Source: Syntrophales bacterium | GTDB lineage: Bacteria; Desulfobacterota; Syntrophia; Syntrophales; PHBD01 | Assembly (NCBI GenBank): GCA_963668175.1 | Contig: OY764159.1 | Coordinates: forward strand, 1,952,001 to 2,016,000 | Direction of reading: 5' to 3' | Length of the DNA stretch: 64,000 bases | Shown here: positions 41,942-55,038 of the stretch, piece after piece | Position numbering within the stretch: the first letter of the stretch is position 1 | Layout of the letters: the number at the start of each line of letters is the position of its first letter | Notes under the pieces: generated by a model | What the model saw: only the letters and a program-made list of their open reading frames with translations | Told to the model about the DNA's origin: nothing | The model's database searches: none | Translations under genes and position numbers: made by a program

Positions 41942-42447
41942 GAATCTCGCGGACCGCGCCTCCATGGTTACAGAAGATGAGCCCCCTCTTCGCCGGAAAC
42001 GTCCGTTCATCTTCCTGATTATTGCAAAACCCGTCTGGTGGCGCGTCGCCGCTGCAAGGGAAACATGCGGGTTGAAGCCGGAGCTGCCCCTGTCATAGGG
42101 AGCGGCTCCGGCGGCGGGCCGGACGCGATCTTATGCGCCGGCCTGATCGATATCGTCATCTTCGCGTTCTCAATCCGTTTCCAGCCCCACCGGAACTGTG
42201 ATTTGCCGCACATCGGCATCTCCGGCATCAGCAAATCAACGATCTTCCAACGGTTCCTGCCCTGCAAGCCTCTGCGTTCCCGCAGGACGAGCGGTCCGCG
42301 TCCACAGCGGATGGACAAAGTCCGACTTCCCCGGACGACATGTCCGGCGCACGCGTTCCTGTCCTCGCTTTCCTCCCGCATGCGACGCCGTCTAAAGTCC
42401 TGATTTTTAACGACCGGCCGCCTATTGTTTCGGGCTCGTACGGCGCA

Positions 42448-42463
42448 TGGCATGGTTCTTGTG
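42448..42463 (+). promoter_or_regulatory. Sigma54-like promoter upstream of the chemotaxis cluster
   Basis: TGGCATG-N4-TTGTG (variant -12). Confidence 0.45.
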
Positions 42464-42549
42464 TAATGATGGTTATGCCTCTTCCGGGTATCCGTTCCAA
42501 AGCATGCCGGGATGGCGGAAGAGGTGGAAAAGAAGAGGTAAAACGGATA

Positions 42550-42936
42550 ATGCAGATTCTTTTTTATACGTCCGACGAAGACGGAAGCGCGAGACTTTCC
42601 CGCTTCATCGAAGTGATCGTTTCCAGAAAAAACATCACCTATATTCACACGCCTGAAGACCTTTTTCTCCGCCTGCACCATCCTCTAGGCGATCAGGCCA
42701 TCATCGTCGTCTACGTCTCGGCGCAGGAAGAGCTGGCGCACATTGCGGAGATGCAGGACCTTCTCAGCGATTTTCGCAGCATCATCATCCTGCCGGACAG
42801 GGACAAGGCGTCGATGGCCATGGCCTATACGCTGCGGCCGAGATTTATAGGTTACGCCGACGACGACTATCTGGACATCGTCACGGTAGTCAGCCGTCTG
42901 GTCGGCCGCGGAAGCGGCATGGTATGCCAGGGTTAG
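42550..42936 (+). CDS. Degenerate receiver-like (REC-fold) hypothetical protein
   Basis: Alpha/beta pattern of REC size, with IIILPD and LRPRF but no phospho-Asp or Lys; RBS GAGG. Confidence 0.6.
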   Translation: MQILFYTSDEDGSARLSRFIEVIVSRKNITYIHTPEDLFLRLHHPLGDQAIIVVYVSAQEELAHIAEMQDLLSDFRSIIILPDRDKASMAMAYTLRPRFIGYADDDYLDIVTVVSRLVGRGSGMVCQG

Positions 42937-43046
42937 GGAACCCGCACCGCCTCGCATCGGAGGGGCGGACGGGCAGGAAGGGAGTGAACAGCCGCGGAAC
43001 GGCGTGAACGGTCGGCGGTATCGAGACGGATGAAAAACGGAAAACC

Positions 43047-43478
43047 ATGAAGACGGAAATGATAGTGCCGGCGGTCTACGGGCTTGTCCCCCGGGCGCTT
43101 CCCGACGAGGATGAGCATGGCAGGGAGAGAAGAAAGGCCGTGCGGTTTGCCCTCGCGGTCCCCGTGAGGATCAGGATATTGGAAAGCGATGATGCGATCG
43201 AAGCAAGGGCCATCGGCGGGCATACGATGAATATTTCGACAGGGGGCGCCTTGTTGAAAACGGATTGCGCCATACCGGCGGGAACGCGGATCAGGATGGA
43301 ACTGATGTTCTCCTCCCTGTGCTATCTCGGAGGGGCGGACAACAGTGCGATGTCGGTCGTCGCCATAGGAGGCCGCGTTATCAGATGCTGGTCCCGGGGG
43401 ATCGCCGTGGCCTTCGACGGCCGCTTCTCCGTCACGGCCGGCTGCGGCCCCGGATGGACGGGGGGACGGCAGGTTTAG
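43047..43478 (+). CDS. PilZ domain protein
   Basis: c-di-GMP motifs ERRKAVR (RxxxR) and NISTGG ([D/N]xSxxG). Confidence 0.85.
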   Translation: MKTEMIVPAVYGLVPRALPDEDEHGRERRKAVRFALAVPVRIRILESDDAIEARAIGGHTMNISTGGALLKTDCAIPAGTRIRMELMFSSLCYLGGADNSAMSVVAIGGRVIRCWSRGIAVAFDGRFSVTAGCGPGWTGGRQV

Positions 43479-43496
43479 GGCCGGCCGGCTGGCAGC

Positions 43497-45362
43497 ATGA
43501 TCCGAAGCGTGAAGAAATACCTTTCCTTCCGCCGCAACCCGTCCGCCGGCTGGATAGGCAGGATCCATTCCGCCACGGGGCACCTGTCGAGGCTGAATGC
43601 CTCCACGGAACAGGAGTTCCTGGCCGTCGGCGAGCGCCTTCAGGATTTTTACGCCCGCGCCCGCCGGATCGCGTCCCTGACGTCCGACGTCGCAGCGCGT
43701 ATGTCCGGCAGGGAGCTCGACGCCCTCGTGGAGGAACTTACCGCCGTGGCCGCCGACCTCAAGGCCATGGGCGACGACTCGCGTCAGGGGGTCGATATCC
43801 TGAACGTGATCGTCAGGGGCTTCGAGAATATCCAAGGCCCCTTGAGCAATTTCGAAAAGATTGTCAAAAACCTGCAGGTTTTAGGCAACTTCGTCCGGAT
43901 CGAAAGCGCCAGGATGCGCGACCGGGACAGCGGTTTCGTCACGCTTGTCGAGGATATCAAGAAGCTGGCGGTCAACGTCGAACTGCAGTCGAAGGAACTG
44001 ATCGACCAGGCGGGGTCGCTCCGCATCCGCATCCAGGAAGACCTCAACGGCATCACCAGGATGAAGGCGGATCTGGATGCGCAGACGCGCGATATCATGG
44101 CGGACACGGAGGCCAAGATCGAATCCCTGACCAGGAGGCACGCCTGGTCGCTCAAGACGGTCCGGGATTTTGCCGGGCGGTGGGAAACCATTACGGGAAG
44201 CATCGGGGAAATCGTCATGTCCATCCAGTTCCACGATATCACGCGGCAGCAGATCGAGCACGTGAGCGAGGCCCTGGGGGATGTCGCGGGCGCCATGCAG
44301 CGGCCGTCTTCCGGCGAGAACGGCCGACGCCGGCCGCTCGGAAAGGGCGGTGCGCCGTCCTCCCGTTACGATTCCATGGGAACCGTGGCAGCCGTCTGTG
44401 AACTGCAGTCGGCGCAGCTTGAGCACGCGGGCGAAGAGATGGAGGCGGCGGTGGGGCGCATCCTCTCGAACCTCGAAGGGGTGGCCGGACAGATCAAGTC
44501 CATGTCGGAAGATATCAGGAGGCTGGCGGGATCGGGCGAAGACGAGGGCCGATCCTATCTTGCCGGGCTGGAGGAAGGGCTGGTGAGGATGACCGGAGCC
44601 CTCGGGCGGTATGCCGGGGTCAGCCGGGAACTCAGGAAGGCCACCGGACGTATTCCGGAGACGGTGGCCAGGATGTCGGCGCTTGTCGCCGTCATCGACA
44701 AGATCGGCATCGACATGCAGATCGTGGCGCTCAACGCCTATATCCGCGCGGAGCATATCGGCGCGGGCGGCATCGCCCTGGGCGTTCTCGCCGATTCCCT
44801 CCACGGGATGTCGAAAAGCACGATCGCGGAGATCTACGCCGTATCCGGCGAGCTTAAGGGCCTCTTCCAGGCGACGGCGTCGCTTTCCCCGGGCGACGCC
44901 GGGAAAGCCGACGAAGAGCGCGCCGTCGCGCGTCACCTGGCCGATATCCTGAAGCCGCTTCATCGCCTCGACGACGAAACGGCCGGGCTCATCGCCGATA
45001 TCGATGCATCGGGGAAGGCGTTCGCCGACGATATCGAATCGGCCGTCGCCGGTTTTACGGTTCATGAAAAGGTGCGCCGCGTCATCGACGGCGTAAGGAG
45101 CGAACTCGCTTCCGTCGCGGCCGGTATTCGCGGCCTGCTTCCCGCGGAGGTCCTGGCCCGGCAGGACGCGGAACTGGACCGGCTGGCGGGGCGCTATACC
45201 ATGGCCAGGGAGAGGGACATCCATCAAACGCTCCTTGCCGCGGACGGTGCTGCGGCGGAATCGGTTCCCGGCGAAACCGTCCTTTTCGGAGACGGGGAGG
45301 ATACGCCGCAAACGAAGGAGAAGGATGCCGAAGAACTGGGGGACAATGTCGAATTGTTTTAA
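43497..45362 (+). CDS. Soluble atypical chemoreceptor-like coiled-coil protein
   Basis: Two degenerate MA tips, QFHDITRQ motif and C-terminal NVELF; no TM segment. Confidence 0.75.
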   Translation: MIRSVKKYLSFRRNPSAGWIGRIHSATGHLSRLNASTEQEFLAVGERLQDFYARARRIASLTSDVAARMSGRELDALVEELTAVAADLKAMGDDSRQGVDILNVIVRGFENIQGPLSNFEKIVKNLQVLGNFVRIESARMRDRDSGFVTLVEDIKKLAVNVELQSKELIDQAGSLRIRIQEDLNGITRMKADLDAQTRDIMADTEAKIESLTRRHAWSLKTVRDFAGRWETITGSIGEIVMSIQFHDITRQQIEHVSEALGDVAGAMQRPSSGENGRRRPLGKGGAPSSRYDSMGTVAAVCELQSAQLEHAGEEMEAAVGRILSNLEGVAGQIKSMSEDIRRLAGSGEDEGRSYLAGLEEGLVRMTGALGRYAGVSRELRKATGRIPETVARMSALVAVIDKIGIDMQIVALNAYIRAEHIGAGGIALGVLADSLHGMSKSTIAEIYAVSGELKGLFQATASLSPGDAGKADEERAVARHLADILKPLHRLDDETAGLIADIDASGKAFADDIESAVAGFTVHEKVRRVIDGVRSELASVAAGIRGLLPAEVLARQDAELDRLAGRYTMARERDIHQTLLAADGAAAESVPGETVLFGDGEDTPQTKEKDAEELGDNVELF

Positions 45363-45371
45363 AGGAGGCCT

Positions 45372-45722
45372 ATGAAATACAGACTGGAAGACGCGGGCGA
45401 TCCGGTTGTCCTGACGCTGGAAGGACCCCTCGACATTCAGAACGCGAAGGAACTCAGGGACGCCTTCGTTGCGGCCGCGCAGGGGAAGAATCTCGTCCTC
45501 GACCTCGGCGGGGCCGGAGCGGCGGATGTGTCGGCCCTGCAGCTCTTTTGCTCCCTGCACCGGACGATGACGCGCGCCGGGCGGGGCTTTGCGATCCAGG
45601 GCCCGGTAAGCGACGCTTTCCGGCAGTCGGTCGCCGATGCGGGGTTTCAGAGAGAACACGGCTGCGCCCTGGACGATCAGGGAACATGCCTCTGGTCCAA
45701 AGGGGGTGAATGCTATGAGTAA
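45372..45722 (+). CDS. STAS domain protein
   Basis: LTLEGPLDI, LDLGG and DVSALQL motifs. Confidence 0.9.
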   Translation: MKYRLEDAGDPVVLTLEGPLDIQNAKELRDAFVAAAQGKNLVLDLGGAGAADVSALQLFCSLHRTMTRAGRGFAIQGPVSDAFRQSVADAGFQREHGCALDDQGTCLWSKGGECYE

Positions 45723-46077
45723 GACGATCATGGCGGTCGACGACTCGGCCAGTGTGCGGCAGATGGTGAGCTTCACCCTGAAGAACGCCGGCTACGAGGT
45801 CATCGAGGCCGCTGACGGCCGTGAGGCCCTCGCCAAGGCGAAAGGCCCCGTGAGCATGGTCATTACGGATCTCAACATGCCCAATCTGGACGGCATCGGC
45901 CTGATCCGGTCGCTGCGCGCGATGCCCGATTTCAAATACGTGCCGATCGTCATGCTCACGACCGAGTCGCAGGCGGATAAGAAAATGGAAGGCAAACAGG
46001 CCGGGGCGACGGGATGGATCGTGAAGCCCTTCAAGCCCGAACAGCTGCTGGCCGTCGTGAAGAAGGTGATCGGATGA
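45715..46077 (+). CDS. cheY: Chemotaxis response regulator CheY
   Basis: VDDS, TDLNMP, LTTES and VKPF; lies directly before cheA. Confidence 0.93.
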   Translation: MSKTIMAVDDSASVRQMVSFTLKNAGYEVIEAADGREALAKAKGPVSMVITDLNMPNLDGIGLIRSLRAMPDFKYVPIVMLTTESQADKKMEGKQAGATGWIVKPFKPEQLLAVVKKVIG

Positions 46078-48200
46078 CGGACCAGTACCGCGATGCATTC
46101 AGGGAAGAGGCCCAGGAACTCCTCGTCGAGCTGGAGGAATCGCTCCTGGAACTGGAGAGGACGCCCGACGACCTGGACCAGGTGGGGCGCGTCTTCCGGG
46201 CCATGCACACGATCAAGGGATCGGGAGCCATGTTCGGCTTCGACGAAGTGGCGGCCTTCACCCACGACGTCGAAACGGTCTACGATCTCGTCCGGAACAG
46301 GAAGCTCGCGGTGACGAAGCATCTCGTGAACCTGACGCTGTCGGCCTGCGACCAGATCCGCCGGATGGTCTTCTCGGCGGAAGAGGCAAGCGGCGAGGAC
46401 CGGCGGATCGCCGGGGAGCTTACGGCTTCCTTCCGGGAGTTTCTCGCCGGCGGCGAGGCGGATACGGTAACGTCGAAGGCTTCCGTATCTTCGGCGCCGG
46501 CGGAATCGTCGGCCGCGGGAGTCGTCACGTACCGCATCCGGTTCCAGCCCGACGGCGGCATCTTCGCCTCCGGCACGAATCCGGTGCTGCTTTTGAACGA
46601 ACTGCGCGGCCTGGGCCGCTGCGACGCCTTCGTCTGCACCGATGCCGTCCCGTATCTGGACGAGATCGACCCGGAGCAGTGCTACACTTTCTGGGACATC
46701 ATCCTGACGACGGGAAGCGGCATCGACGCCGTCAAGGACGTTTTCATCTTCGTCGAGGACAGCTGCCGCCTCGCCATCGACGTCATCGACGACGAACAGA
46801 GGCTGACCGAGGAGGCGGATTATAAGAGAATAGGGGAGATCCTGGTGGAGCGGGGCGACGTCACGAAAAACGACGTGATGAAGGGCCTCGATTCCCACAA
46901 GAAACTCGGACGGCTGCTGATCGAAAGCGGCGTTGTCGGCCCGGACAAGGTGGGCTCGGCGCTGGCGGAGCAGGAGCACATCCGGGAACAGAGGAAAACG
47001 AAGCAGGCGGCGGAAGCGCAGACATCCATCCGCGTGCCGACGGGTAAGCTCGACAGCCTCGTGAACATGGTCGGGGAACTCGTCACGGTCCAGTCGCGGC
47101 TGAGCCGGGTGGCGCTCTCGTCGGGAAACGTGGAGATCGTACAGATCGCCGAGATCGTGGAACGCCTGACGGCGGAACTGCGCGACAACACGATGAGCAT
47201 CCGCATGCTTCCCATCGGCACGACCTTCAGCAAGTTCCAGCGCCTCGTGCGGGACCTGTCGTCCGAACTGGGCAAGGAGATCGTCCTCGCCGCCGAAGGG
47301 GCGGAAACCGAGCTGGACAAGACGGTCATCGACCGCCTGAACGATCCCCTCGTCCACCTGATCCGCAACAGCATCGACCACGGCATCGAGATGCCCGACG
47401 CGAGACGCGACGCGGGAAAGCCGCCGTGCGGCACCGTGCGCCTGTCGGCGGTACATTCGGGGGCCAACGTGCTGATCCGGGTGGAGGACGACGGCGCGGG
47501 CCTCGACCGGGACGTGCTTTACAGGAAGGCGGTGGAGAAGGGACTGATCCCGTCCGACGCGAACCTGACGGAGAAGGAAATCTTCTTCCTGATCTTCGCC
47601 CCGGGCTTTTCCACGGCGGCCAAGGTGACCGGCGTGTCGGGACGGGGCGTCGGCATGGATGTGGTCAAGAAAAGCATCGACGCCCTCCAGGGGACGATCG
47701 ACATCGCAAGCGAAAAGGGCCGGGGGACGACCGTCACCCTGAAGCTGCCCCTGACGCTCGCCATCATCGACGGCCTGCTCGTCCGGATCGAAGGGGCCTT
47801 CTTCGTCATGCCGCTTTCGGCCGTGGAGGAATGCGTCGAGCTTTCTCGCGAGGAGGCGGAGAAGTCCCACGGACACAACCTGGCGTCGATCCGCGGGGAG
47901 ATCGTGCCCTACGTCCGTCTCCGGGAACGTTTCCGCATAGAAGGGGCGGCGCCTCCCATCGAGCAGATCGTGACGACGGGGATCGACGGCTACCGCGTCG
48001 GCCTGGTCGTGGACGAAGTGGTCGGGGAGCACCAGACCGTCATCAAGTCGCTGGGGCGCATCTACCGGTCCGTCCAGGAGGTGTCGGGCGCGACGATCCT
48101 GGGCGACGGCAAGGTGGCCCTGATTCTCGACCTGCCGAAACTGGTCCGGAACGCCGAGATGGACGAAAAGGCGAGGCACAGGGAAAGGAGGGTCAACTGA
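46074..48200 (+). CDS. cheA: Chemotaxis histidine kinase CheA
   Basis: Hpt FRAMHTIKG, HLIRNSIDHGIE, FAPGFST, SGRGVGMDVV, LPLTLAI and a CheW domain. Confidence 0.97.
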   Translation: MTDQYRDAFREEAQELLVELEESLLELERTPDDLDQVGRVFRAMHTIKGSGAMFGFDEVAAFTHDVETVYDLVRNRKLAVTKHLVNLTLSACDQIRRMVFSAEEASGEDRRIAGELTASFREFLAGGEADTVTSKASVSSAPAESSAAGVVTYRIRFQPDGGIFASGTNPVLLLNELRGLGRCDAFVCTDAVPYLDEIDPEQCYTFWDIILTTGSGIDAVKDVFIFVEDSCRLAIDVIDDEQRLTEEADYKRIGEILVERGDVTKNDVMKGLDSHKKLGRLLIESGVVGPDKVGSALAEQEHIREQRKTKQAAEAQTSIRVPTGKLDSLVNMVGELVTVQSRLSRVALSSGNVEIVQIAEIVERLTAELRDNTMSIRMLPIGTTFSKFQRLVRDLSSELGKEIVLAAEGAETELDKTVIDRLNDPLVHLIRNSIDHGIEMPDARRDAGKPPCGTVRLSAVHSGANVLIRVEDDGAGLDRDVLYRKAVEKGLIPSDANLTEKEIFFLIFAPGFSTAAKVTGVSGRGVGMDVVKKSIDALQGTIDIASEKGRGTTVTLKLPLTLAIIDGLLVRIEGAFFVMPLSAVEECVELSREEAEKSHGHNLASIRGEIVPYVRLRERFRIEGAAPPIEQIVTTGIDGYRVGLVVDEVVGEHQTVIKSLGRIYRSVQEVSGATILGDGKVALILDLPKLVRNAEMDEKARHRERRVN

Positions 48201-48206
48201 AGCGTT

Positions 48207-48809
48207 ATGGCTTTCACCTTCTTTTTCCGGGATATCGATACGCTGGCGCGGGCCGTCGAGTACATGATTCCCGGCACCAGCGGCCGCAGCCGGGTCAAGG
48301 TATGGGACGCGGGATGCGCCATGGGGCAGGAGCCCTACTCGCTGGCGATCCTCCTTGCGGAAAACATGGGCCATTTCGCCTTCCGGAACGTTCAGATACT
48401 GGCCACGGACTACGACGAGCCCCTGCTCAGCGTCGTCCGGCAGGCCACCTATCCGGGGGACGAATTGCAGCGGATTCCCCGCGACCTGTTCGAGAGGTAT
48501 TTCGAGCCGGCGGGGGACGACGGCCGTTACCGCGTGGTCGAGAAAATCAGGAACTGCGTCCTGCCGCAGTTCCACGATCTCCTTTCGTTTACGCCCGTGC
48601 GGGACGGCTTCAGCCTGATCGTCTGCAAGAACGTGCTCCTGCATTTCCAGTACGGGGAACGCGTCGAGGTTTTCAGGATGTTTCATCAGGCGATGGAGCC
48701 GGGCGGGCTCCTGGCGACGGAGCACACGCAGAAGCTGCCCGACGAGGTCGCCCACCTCTTCCGTCAGGTGGTGAACAACGGCCAGCTCTTCCAGAAGCTG
48801 GAGGCGTAG
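48207..48809 (+). CDS. Short CheR-like methyltransferase lacking the N-terminal domain
   Basis: FFFRD, WDAGCAMGQEPYSLA, ATD and CKNVLLHF; only 200 aa. Confidence 0.85.
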   Translation: MAFTFFFRDIDTLARAVEYMIPGTSGRSRVKVWDAGCAMGQEPYSLAILLAENMGHFAFRNVQILATDYDEPLLSVVRQATYPGDELQRIPRDLFERYFEPAGDDGRYRVVEKIRNCVLPQFHDLLSFTPVRDGFSLIVCKNVLLHFQYGERVEVFRMFHQAMEPGGLLATEHTQKLPDEVAHLFRQVVNNGQLFQKLEA

Positions 48810-48810
48810 C

Positions 48811-49473
48811 ATGAAAGTGATCGATATCAAGGGGCGCAACAACGTATACAGTTCCAACGTCTACCTGGTGACGGGAGACTGGAAGAAGCTCGAAGACCTC
48901 AACACGCTGATCGACGTCGGCGGCGATCCCTCGATCCTGGATACGATCGACAGGACCAGCACCGGCGTCGGGAAGAACAAGATCGACCAGGTCATCCTGA
49001 CGCACAGCCATTCGGACCATACGTCGAACCTGTCCCTGATCCGGGAACGTTACCGGCCGAAGGTCTTCGCTTATTCGCCGTTTATCGAAGGGGTGGACCA
49101 GCTTTTGAGCCACGGGGAACGGATCAGGATCGGGGACCGGATGTTCGAGGTCATCCACACGCCCGGCCATTCGAGCGATTCCGTTTCCCTCTTCAACGAC
49201 GACGAAGGGGTCCTGTTCGTGGGCGATACGCCGGTTGTGATCAGGACGGCGGGCGGCAGCTACGAGGCCAATTTCATCACGGCCCTGAAGATGCTCTGCC
49301 GGCGGCGCGTTCACACCATCTATTTCGGCCACGGCGAGCCGATCACGAAGAATGCCCATGCGGTGCTCCTCGCCAGCCTGAAGAACGTCCACCGGAGCAT
49401 GATGGCGAAGGCCATGGCCCTGGCGCATCCGGAAGGAAATGTGGAAGAATCGCGGCCGGCGGGACAATCCTGA
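48811..49473 (+). CDS. Metallo-beta-lactamase-fold metalloprotein
   Basis: [15 protein letters not shown] and FGHG metal-ligand motifs. Confidence 0.9.
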   Translation: MKVIDIKGRNNVYSSNVYLVTGDWKKLEDLNTLIDVGGDPSILDTIDRTSTGVGKNKIDQVILTHSHSDHTSNLSLIRERYRPKVFAYSPFIEGVDQLLSHGERIRIGDRMFEVIHTPGHSSDSVSLFNDDEGVLFVGDTPVVIRTAGGSYEANFITALKMLCRRRVHTIYFGHGEPITKNAHAVLLASLKNVHRSMMAKAMALAHPEGNVEESRPAGQS

Positions 49474-49540
49474 ATTCGGGACGCCGCGCTGCAGGGATAA
49501 ACGGAATCGATCGGGTATTTGCTCAAGGAGGTCCGTTCTC

Positions 49541-52402
49541 ATGACAGATAAAACGAGAAAAAGCATCATCGAAAAGGCTACGGCGTCTTTGCTCGCCGAC
49601 AGCAGCGTGCTTTCGGAATTGACGGCCGATAACGGCAGAGGAAAGGGAAAACCCATGAAGAATATGGAAGACACAAGGAAAAGCGCAGGCTCGAACGGAT
49701 CGGAGGCAGGCGAAAGGATCGGGGACCTGCTGGCCGCTTTCAGGGAAGGCCGCCTCGACCGTCGCGCCGACGTAAGCGGGATGAAAGGCACGGACAGGGA
49801 TATCCTGGCGAACGTCAACGAGCTCATCGATACGGTCGTCATGCCCCTGAACGTGGCCGCCGCGCATGTCGAAGACATCAGCAAGGGCGTCATCCCCGCC
49901 AGGATCACCGACCCCTGGCACGGCGAGTTCGATACGATCAAGAACAACATCAACAAGCTCATCGACGTTCTGGAGAGCCGCGGCCGGGACGTGCACGGCC
50001 TCATCGAGGCGGCGATCGAGGGAAAGCTTGCAACGCGGGCCGACACGAGCGCTTACCAGGGCATCCACAAGCAGGCCATCGACGGCGTCAACCGGCTCCT
50101 CGACGCCATCATCGGGCCCCTGAACGTATCGGCCGAGTACGTGGACCGGATCGCCAACGGGGAGATTCCCCCGAGGATCACGGACACCTATAAGGGCGAC
50201 TTCAACGAGATCAAGAACAACGTCAACAAGCTCCTCGACGTGCTGACAAGCCGGGGCAGGGACGTGGACGGCCTCATCAGCGCGGCGATCGAGGGGAAAC
50301 TCGCGACAAGGGCCGATTCCGGCTCCTACCAGGGCGTCCACAAGCAGGCCATCGACGGCGTCAACCGTCTTCTCGACGCCATCATCGGGCCCCTGAACGT
50401 GTCGGCCGAATACGTGGACCGGATCGCCAACGGCGAAATCCCGCCGCATATCACGGACACGTATAAGGGCGACTTCAACGAGATCAAGAACAACGTCAAC
50501 AAGCTCCTCGACGTGCTGACGAGCCGCGGGCAGGACGTGGACGGCCTCATCAGCGCGGCGATCGAGGGGCGGCTCGCGACAAGGGCCGATTCCGGCTCCT
50601 ACCAGGGCATCCACAAGAAGGCCATCGACGGCGTCAACCATCTTCTCGACGCCGTCATCGGGCCTCTGAATGTGTCGGCCGAATACGTGGACCGGATCGC
50701 GAACGGCGAAATCCCGCCGCATATCACGGACACGTATAAGGGCGATTTCAACGAGATCAAGAACAACGTCAACAAGCTCCTCGACGTGCTGACGAGCCGG
50801 GGCCGGGACGTGAACAACCTCATCAGCGCGGCGATCGAGGGGAGGCTGGCGACGCGGGCCGATACCGGCGCCTACCAGGGCATCCACAAGAAGGCCATCG
50901 ACGGCGTCAACCAGCTTCTCGACGCGGTGATCGGGCCTCTGAACGTCGCGGCCGAGTATGTGGACCGGATCGCCAACGGCGAAATTCCCCCGAAGATCAC
51001 TGACGCTTACAACGGCGACTTCAATATGATCAAGGACAACATCAACAAGCTCCTCGACGTGCTGACGAGCCGGGGCCGGGACGTGAACAACCTCATCAAC
51101 GCGGCGATCGAGGGGAGGCTGGCGACGCGGGCCGATACCGGCGCCTACCAGGGCATCCACAAGAAGGCCATCGACGGCGTCAACCAGCTTCTCGACGCGG
51201 TGATCGGGCCGCTGAACGTCGCGGCCGAGTATGTGGACCGCATCTCGAAGGGCGACATCCCCCCTCCGATCATGGACAACTACAAGGGCGACTTCAATGA
51301 GATCAAAAACAATATGAACATGCTGATCGAATCGATGAACGAAATAACCCATGTGGCCAGGGAAATCGCCGGCGGCAACCTCACGATCGAGATCAGGGAG
51401 CGTTCGGCCCAGGACCACCTGATGCAGGCCCTGGTCCTCATGGTGAAAAATCTGACGGAGGTGGTCGGCAACGTCCAGGCGGCGGCCGCCACCTTCGCGG
51501 AAGAAAGCGAGGAGATGAATTCCCGTTCCCTTACCCTATCCCAGGGGGCGACAGAGCAGGCGGCTTCGGCCGAAGAGGTGTCCGCGTCGATGGAAGAGAT
51601 GGCCTCCAACATCATGCAGAACGCCGACAACGCCCAGCAGACGGAAAAGATCGCCGTCAAGTCGGCGGAGGATGCGAAGGACGGCGGAGGAGCCGTCGCC
51701 GAGACGGTGAAGGCGATGAAGGAGATCGCGAGCAAAATATCCATCATCGAGGAGATCGCCCGCCAGACGAACATGCTGGCCCTCAACGCGGCGATCGAGG
51801 CGGCGCGGGCCGGGGAACACGGGAAGGGATTCGCCGTGGTGGCCGCGGAAGTCCGCCGCCTGGCCGAGCGCAGCCAGACGGCGGCGGGCGAGATCAACCG
51901 CCTGTCGGCGTCGAGCGTGCAGGTCGCCGAGAAGGCCGGGGATATGCTGACGAGGATCGTTCCGGCCATCCAGAGAACGGCCGACCTCGTCCAGGAGATC
52001 AACGCCTCGAGCAACGAGCAGAAGAACGGCGCCGACCAGATCAACCGGGCCATACAGCAGCTGGACCAGGTCATCCAGCAGAACGCGGCGGCGGCGGAAG
52101 AGATGTCGTCCGCATCCCAGGAACTATCCAGCCAGAGCGAAGTCCTCCTCGATGCGGTGGGGTTCTTCAGGACGAAGAACGGTTACGGCCGGGAAGAACG
52201 CGAAGGCGTACGCCTCCACGGAGGCGGACCGGCCCGCAAGGGCGCCGCCCCGGTGCGCAGGATCGCCGACAAACCGGCCCCCTCGGCGGGCCGCCCGCCC
52301 CGCCGCGGCGCAAGAACGGGAAAACCCCCGGGGTTCTCGCTCGACATGTCCGAAGCCTTATCGATGCGGGACGATGAGGACAGCGAGTTCGAGAAATACT
52401 GA
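49541..52402 (+). CDS. Soluble poly-HAMP methyl-accepting chemotaxis protein
   Basis: RBS AAGGAGG; tandem 91-aa HAMP-pair repeats; [21 protein letters not shown]-terminal EFEKY. Confidence 0.93.
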   Translation: MTDKTRKSIIEKATASLLADSSVLSELTADNGRGKGKPMKNMEDTRKSAGSNGSEAGERIGDLLAAFREGRLDRRADVSGMKGTDRDILANVNELIDTVVMPLNVAAAHVEDISKGVIPARITDPWHGEFDTIKNNINKLIDVLESRGRDVHGLIEAAIEGKLATRADTSAYQGIHKQAIDGVNRLLDAIIGPLNVSAEYVDRIANGEIPPRITDTYKGDFNEIKNNVNKLLDVLTSRGRDVDGLISAAIEGKLATRADSGSYQGVHKQAIDGVNRLLDAIIGPLNVSAEYVDRIANGEIPPHITDTYKGDFNEIKNNVNKLLDVLTSRGQDVDGLISAAIEGRLATRADSGSYQGIHKKAIDGVNHLLDAVIGPLNVSAEYVDRIANGEIPPHITDTYKGDFNEIKNNVNKLLDVLTSRGRDVNNLISAAIEGRLATRADTGAYQGIHKKAIDGVNQLLDAVIGPLNVAAEYVDRIANGEIPPKITDAYNGDFNMIKDNINKLLDVLTSRGRDVNNLINAAIEGRLATRADTGAYQGIHKKAIDGVNQLLDAVIGPLNVAAEYVDRISKGDIPPPIMDNYKGDFNEIKNNMNMLIESMNEITHVAREIAGGNLTIEIRERSAQDHLMQALVLMVKNLTEVVGNVQAAAATFAEESEEMNSRSLTLSQGATEQAASAEEVSASMEEMASNIMQNADNAQQTEKIAVKSAEDAKDGGGAVAETVKAMKEIASKISIIEEIARQTNMLALNAAIEAARAGEHGKGFAVVAAEVRRLAERSQTAAGEINRLSASSVQVAEKAGDMLTRIVPAIQRTADLVQEINASSNEQKNGADQINRAIQQLDQVIQQNAAAAEEMSSASQELSSQSEVLLDAVGFFRTKNGYGREEREGVRLHGGGPARKGAAPVRRIADKPAPSAGRPPRRGARTGKPPGFSLDMSEALSMRDDEDSEFEKY
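49844..51330 (+). repeat. 273-bp intragenic tandem repeat (5 full units plus 1 partial)
   Basis: The PLNV codon block recurs at 49844, 50117, 50390, 50663, 50936 and 51209. Confidence 0.95.
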
Positions 52403-52419
52403 AGGGAGGTGAAGGGAAG

Positions 52420-52956
52420 ATGAGTGTGGCAGGGATTGCGGAGTCGGCCCAATATCTCACCTTCAAGCTCCTCGACGAGAATTTCGCCGTGGACGTGGCC
52501 AAGGTGCGGGAGATTCTGGACTATACGCCGGCGACAAAGGTTCCGGGGACCCCCGATTACATGCGGGGCGTGATCAACGTCCGGGGGAACGTCGTGCCCG
52601 TCCTCGACATGCGTCTGAAATTCGGCCTCGATAAAACGGACCGGACCGTCGATACGTGTATCGTGGTGATGGAAATCGCGGTGGACGGGGATACGGCTGT
52701 CCTGGGCGCCCTGGTCGACTCGGTCCAGGAGGTGTTCGAGATTGACCCGGGCCAGATCGAGCCTCCGCCCCGGATCGGGACGCGCTGGCGCACGGAGTTT
52801 ATCAAAGGGATCGGGAAGCGCAACGGCGAGTTGATCATTATCCTGGATATCGACCGCATCTTTGCAAGCGACGAAGTCACCCGGATCCACGATGCGTCCG
52901 GGAACGGGAGCATGGCTCCCGGTGCGGCAAACGCACCGGCCGAGAATCCGGCGTGA
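52420..52956 (+). CDS. cheW: CheW coupling protein
   Basis: QYLTF, VREI, GVINVRGNVVPV and LVDSV motifs. Confidence 0.95.
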   Translation: MSVAGIAESAQYLTFKLLDENFAVDVAKVREILDYTPATKVPGTPDYMRGVINVRGNVVPVLDMRLKFGLDKTDRTVDTCIVVMEIAVDGDTAVLGALVDSVQEVFEIDPGQIEPPPRIGTRWRTEFIKGIGKRNGELIIILDIDRIFASDEVTRIHDASGNGSMAPGAANAPAENPA

Positions 52957-53017
52957 CCGCGTATACGTTCCCGCGCGGCCGAACGGCGCCTCCGGGAAAT
53001 GCAGGAAAATTTACGAT

Positions 53018-54995
<1,978 letters not shown>

Positions 54996-55038
54996 CGGGC
55001 CCCGAAAACGGGGAAGATGAAGAGACAAAGATGAACGG

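Noticed and set aside
45792..48857. Long antisense ORFs (also 19609-22230, 57073-60183, 61101-63923 and others)
   Set aside because: These are shadow frames of GC-rich genes and carry no recognisable motifs.
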